From NCBI GenBank assembly GCA_963798085.1, contig CAWCRS010000008.1:384001-448000 (forward strand): a DNA stretch of 64,000 bases. The letters run 5' to 3'. This document shows positions 58,929 through 64,000 of the stretch, piece after piece (the stretch's first letter is position 1; every line of letters begins with the position of its first letter). The notes beneath the pieces were generated by a model, which had not been told where the DNA came from, made no database searches, and saw nothing but the letters and a program-made list of their open reading frames with translations. The stretch comes from an uncultured Gemmatimonadales bacterium. GTDB taxonomy: Bacteria; Gemmatimonadota; Gemmatimonadetes; Longimicrobiales; RSA9. The position numbers were made by a program, and so were the translations under genes.

Positions 58929-61316
58929 ATGGAGCACCTCTGGCAGGATGTGCGCTTCGGCGCACGCGTGCTGATACGCAACCCGGCGCTGACACTGGTC
59001 GCGGTACTCACCCTGGCGCTGGGCGTGGGTGCCAACGCTGCGATCTTCACGGTTGTGAATGCCGTGTTGCTGCGGCCGCTGCCGTACCCGCACGCAGAGC
59101 AGCTCGTGCAGGTGTGGGAATCGGATCGCCAGCGCGGCGAGAACGGTCCGGTCTCGCCGCTCAATTATCGCGACTGGAAAGAGCAGAGCCGCACGGTCGA
59201 TCTGTCCGTCTACGAGTACGCGCGTTTCGTATTGACGGGCGAGGGCGAACCGCAGCCGCTGGTCGGGATTCAGGCGCCGCCGGATTTCTTCCGCATCATG
59301 CAGACGACGCCCGCGCTTGGACGCCTGCCGGACGGGCCGGACGATGCGCCCGAACCTTCCGTCGTGCTCTCGAACGGGCTGTGGCAGCGGCAATTCGGCG
59401 GCCGCGCGGATGTGATCGGAAAGAACATCACACTGAGCGGTCGCAGCTACACCGTCACGGGCGTGATGCCGGAGAGCTTCGTGCTGGGTGGCAACGTCAA
59501 TGCGTGGGCCACGCTGCAGATCGACTATGCGAACGAAACGCGCGGCAACCACTACCTCTACGGCATTGGCCGCCTGCGCCGGGGCGCCACGCTGGCGGGC
59601 GCGAGGAGCGAACTGGCCGCGCTGGCGCAGGCCATGTCGGAGAAGTATCCGGACACGAACCTGCGCTCGACCATCAAGCTCGTGCCATTGCGCGACCAGG
59701 TCGTGGGTTCGGCGCAGAATGCGCTGATCGCACTGCTCGTGGCCGTCGGCTTCGTTCTCCTGATCGCTTGCGCCAATGTCGTGAACGTGCTGCTGGCGCG
59801 CGCGTCGGGGCGCGCCACGGAAGTGGCGGTGCGCCGGGCGCTGGGCGCGGACACGCGACGCCTGGCCGGCCAGTTCCTGACCGAGGCGCTGCTGCTCACG
59901 ACGGTGGGCGGCGTCGCGGGCATGCTGCTCGCCGACTGGGGCGTGGAGCTGCTGGTCCGCCTCGCCGGCGGCGCATTGCCGCGCGCCGGCGAAGTACACA
60001 TCGACACCCGCGTGTTCGTTTTCACGCTGGCCTTGCTTACGTTGATCGCGCTGGTGCTGGGCCTGGCACAGGCGGCCGCGCTGGCGCGCACGGAACAGGG
60101 TGTTATCCTGCGCGACAGCAGCCGCAGCAGCACCGCGAGCCGCGGCAGACAGCGCACGCGTGCGCTGCTCGCGGTCGCGCAGCTGGCGCTGGCCCTGCCG
60201 CTGCTCACCGGAGCGACGCTGCTGCTCCGCACCGTATACGCACTGCAGCACGTGACGCCGGGATTCCAGGCGGGTGGCGTGCTCTCCCTGAACGTGTCGC
60301 TGCCGGCCGCACGGTACCCCAATGGCGCGCAGCAGGCAGCGTTCGTGCGCCAGGCCCTCGAGCGCATCAACAACATTCCCGGCGTTACCGCAGCGGGCAT
60401 GGTGAGCGATCTGCCGTTCGCCGGCTCGCGTTCAACCAGCTCGTTCGAGATTGACGGACGGCCGGAGGCGGAGGGTGGCAACGGGCCGGTCGCCGACTCG
60501 CACCGCGTAAGCCCGGGTTATTTCGCGGCCATGAACATCCCCGTCGTGCGCGGCCGCGGCATCCTGGACAGCAATGGCGCCAGCGCGCCCCGCACCATTG
60601 TCATCGACCAGGCCCTGGTCGCACGCTATTTCCCGGACGAAGAGGCGCTGGGCAGGACGATCGTGCTGTACGGCCAGAAGTGGCAGGTCGTCGGCATCCT
60701 GGGAAACGTGCTGCACGACGACCTGGAAGCACAGCCGGCACCCGAGTTCTATATCCCCATCCAGCAGATGCCACTCACACGGCTGTTTCTGGCCGTACGC
60801 ACCACCGGAGATCCGCTGCAGCTCAGCGAGCCGGTCAAGACAGCCGTGCGCGAAGTCGATCCCCAGCAGCCCGCCTTCTCCATTCGCACCATGTCGCAGC
60901 GGCTGGAGCAGTCGATCGCGCCGCAGCGGTCGACCCTGGTGCTGCTCGCCGTCTTCGCCAGTCTCGCCATCACGCTGGCTCTGGTGGGGTTGTACGGTGT
61001 GATTTCGTACGCCGTCGCACAGCGCATGCGCGAGATGGGCATCCGCGTGGCGCTGGGCGCGCAGCCGCGCGACCTGGCGCGCATGGTATACCGGCAGAGC
61101 ACACGCATCATTGCGACGGGCCTGGGCATCGGGCTGGCACTGGCAGTCGGCGTGTCCCGGGCGCTGCGCGGTCTGCTATTCGGCGTCAGGCCTGCCGATC
61201 CGCTGACGCTCGCGGGCGTGACCGTGCTGCTGGCGGCAGTCGCGCTGGTGGCGTGCGGCATCCCGGTGCGACGGGCCACCCGGGCCGACCCGATGGCCGT
61301 GCTGCGCCACGATTGA
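58929..61316 (+). CDS. ADOP-family duplicated ABC permease (no prefix domain, no PadR)
   Basis: [55 protein letters not shown]. Confidence 0.94.
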   Translation: MEHLWQDVRFGARVLIRNPALTLVAVLTLALGVGANAAIFTVVNAVLLRPLPYPHAEQLVQVWESDRQRGENGPVSPLNYRDWKEQSRTVDLSVYEYARFVLTGEGEPQPLVGIQAPPDFFRIMQTTPALGRLPDGPDDAPEPSVVLSNGLWQRQFGGRADVIGKNITLSGRSYTVTGVMPESFVLGGNVNAWATLQIDYANETRGNHYLYGIGRLRRGATLAGARSELAALAQAMSEKYPDTNLRSTIKLVPLRDQVVGSAQNALIALLVAVGFVLLIACANVVNVLLARASGRATEVAVRRALGADTRRLAGQFLTEALLLTTVGGVAGMLLADWGVELLVRLAGGALPRAGEVHIDTRVFVFTLALLTLIALVLGLAQAAALARTEQGVILRDSSRSSTASRGRQRTRALLAVAQLALALPLLTGATLLLRTVYALQHVTPGFQAGGVLSLNVSLPAARYPNGAQQAAFVRQALERINNIPGVTAAGMVSDLPFAGSRSTSSFEIDGRPEAEGGNGPVADSHRVSPGYFAAMNIPVVRGRGILDSNGASAPRTIVIDQALVARYFPDEEALGRTIVLYGQKWQVVGILGNVLHDDLEAQPAPEFYIPIQQMPLTRLFLAVRTTGDPLQLSEPVKTAVREVDPQQPAFSIRTMSQRLEQSIAPQRSTLVLLAVFASLAITLALVGLYGVISYAVAQRMREMGIRVALGAQPRDLARMVYRQSTRIIATGLGIGLALAVGVSRALRGLLFGVRPADPLTLAGVTVLLAAVALVACGIPVRRATRADPMAVLRHD

Positions 61317-61371
61317 GGCGAGGAAGCGGGTCAGAGGTGGATGGTCCGGGCCGCCACCTTTTAACGACTGG

Positions 61372-61791
61372 TTAGGACGGTGCGTGCCGCGGCAGGGCGG
61401 CCGCGGCTATGGCGCCATCCGGGCGGAAACGGGCGAATTCCACGCGACAGCCGCGTTCATCGGTCACGGCCAGCATCTCACCCGCAATGACAAAGCGATA
61501 GCCCGCCAGCTCGTGCGAGGCCGTGAACAGCACGAGGATATCGGGCGCATCCAGACGGTACATGCCACCGTCCCAGATGCTGAAGCGCTGGTCGGCCGCA
61601 CGCTGCGCCCGGTAGGTCTCCTCGAGGAACGCAATCTCTTCCGGATAGATGGCGGCACACGCCGAGCGCGTTTGCTTGCGCCAGTGGCCGCGCAGATCGG
61701 CGAGACCGATTTCACCTGCTGCGCTTTCGGTTGCCCGGTCGACGGCGCCGGACGCCAGCGGGTGCTGATTCACGGCATCACGCCCGCTCAT
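61372..61791 (-). CDS. Hypothetical protein
   Basis: Globular-looking ORF (GHWRK...CAAIYP...WDGGMY...DERGC), preceded by an ECF-like promoter. Confidence 0.6.
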   Translation of the reverse strand: MSGRDAVNQHPLASGAVDRATESAAGEIGLADLRGHWRKQTRSACAAIYPEEIAFLEETYRAQRAADQRFSIWDGGMYRLDAPDILVLFTASHELAGYRFVIAGEMLAVTDERGCRVEFARFRPDGAIAAAALPRHAPS

Positions 61792-61845
61792 GCTGCCAAG
61801 ACTTCCACGTATCGTGCACTCCGCACGGGATGCCACGAGCCGACG

Positions 61846-61878
61846 CCCGAATGGACGCCAGTCTGGGTCAGCGGTTGC
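61846..61878 (-). promoter_or_regulatory. Putative ECF promoter
   Basis: Minus strand GCAACC-N15-CGTCCATTCGGG. Confidence 0.4.
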
Positions 61879-62100
61879 ACCATCGCAGCCTGTCTGGAAT
61901 CAGAGGTCGCAGGTGAGCGGCGCGACCCCGTCCACCCGGCGGTGGGTGGTGGCGACGCGAATCTCTGCACCATGCGGTCGGTTGTCAAGCGGTTGGCCTG
62001 AGCGGAGCAAGCGGGCGCGCGCGAGGCGAGCGTGTGGCCGGCGGCAGCGGGCTTGCGTGCCGGGCCGGGCCGTACTATGTAGAAGTCAAAGGTAGGGACA

Positions 62101-62430
62101 ATGCCACCAAGAAACCTCGGCACCACCACCATTGCCGTGCTGCAGGCCGTCGCGGCCGGACAGCGCTACGGCTTCGAGATCATCGAGCGCACCGGCCTGC
62201 CCAGTGGCACGGTGTACCCGGCGCTGTCATCGCTCGAGCGGCGGGGTCTGCTGGCCGCGCGCTGGGAAGGGCAGGCGAGTGCGCGTGCCGAGGCCAGGCC
62301 GAGGCGCCGCTATTACCGTGTTACCGGTGCCGGCCAGGCGGCGCTGGATGCGGCGCTGGCGCGGCTGGAGGCGCTGGGTCTGGGTACGCCGGCGAGTCTG
62401 CGCGCCCGCCTGCGCGGGGCGCAGGGATGA
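62101..62430 (+). CDS. PadR-family transcriptional regulator
   Basis: [31 protein letters not shown]. Confidence 0.92.
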   Translation: MPPRNLGTTTIAVLQAVAAGQRYGFEIIERTGLPSGTVYPALSSLERRGLLAARWEGQASARAEARPRRRYYRVTGAGQAALDAALARLEALGLGTPASLRARLRGAQG

Positions 62431-62509
62431 GCGGGGCGCAGCTGCGCAGGTGTGCGTACGCCCCGCCGTACACGCCGCGAGCTCGTGCGGGCGGGCGCGT
62501 AAGCACACC

Positions 62510-64000
<1,491 letters not shown>

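Overview
High-GC bacterial DNA, gene-dense, with no rRNA, tRNA, CRISPR array or transposase recognised. The repeated PadR + ADOP-type duplicated permease modules, a GWxTD protein and TonB receptors suggest a Gemmatimonadota/Acidobacteriota-like diderm (inference). Main content: (i) four ADOP permeases plus one internally deleted PadR-ADOP remnant; (ii) a locus at ~5.0-13.0 kb encoding a thermolysin-like (M4/M36) protease with an emfourin-type inhibitor, an ECF sigma factor, a membrane anti-sigma factor lacking its zinc ligands, a TPR-CHAT caspase-like protease and an unknown protein with a Cys-rich tail. Three transcription units of this locus share an ECF-type promoter motif, making it the best candidate for an undescribed protease-controlled signalling system; (iii) a cobalamin-riboswitch-led cobamide uptake/salvage operon (btuF, btuB-like, BtuG/YncE-like, cobS, cobC, cobT, cobU); (iv) a C39 peptidase / RimK ATP-grasp / cytochrome c / GCS2 ligase operon; (v) assorted enzymes, c-di-GMP proteins, a PEGA-NDT-TPR protein, a Rox-like monooxygenase and REP-like repeats. 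Several genes carry single-base frameshifts that may be assembly errors. All calls come from motif recognition by eye; no searches were run.
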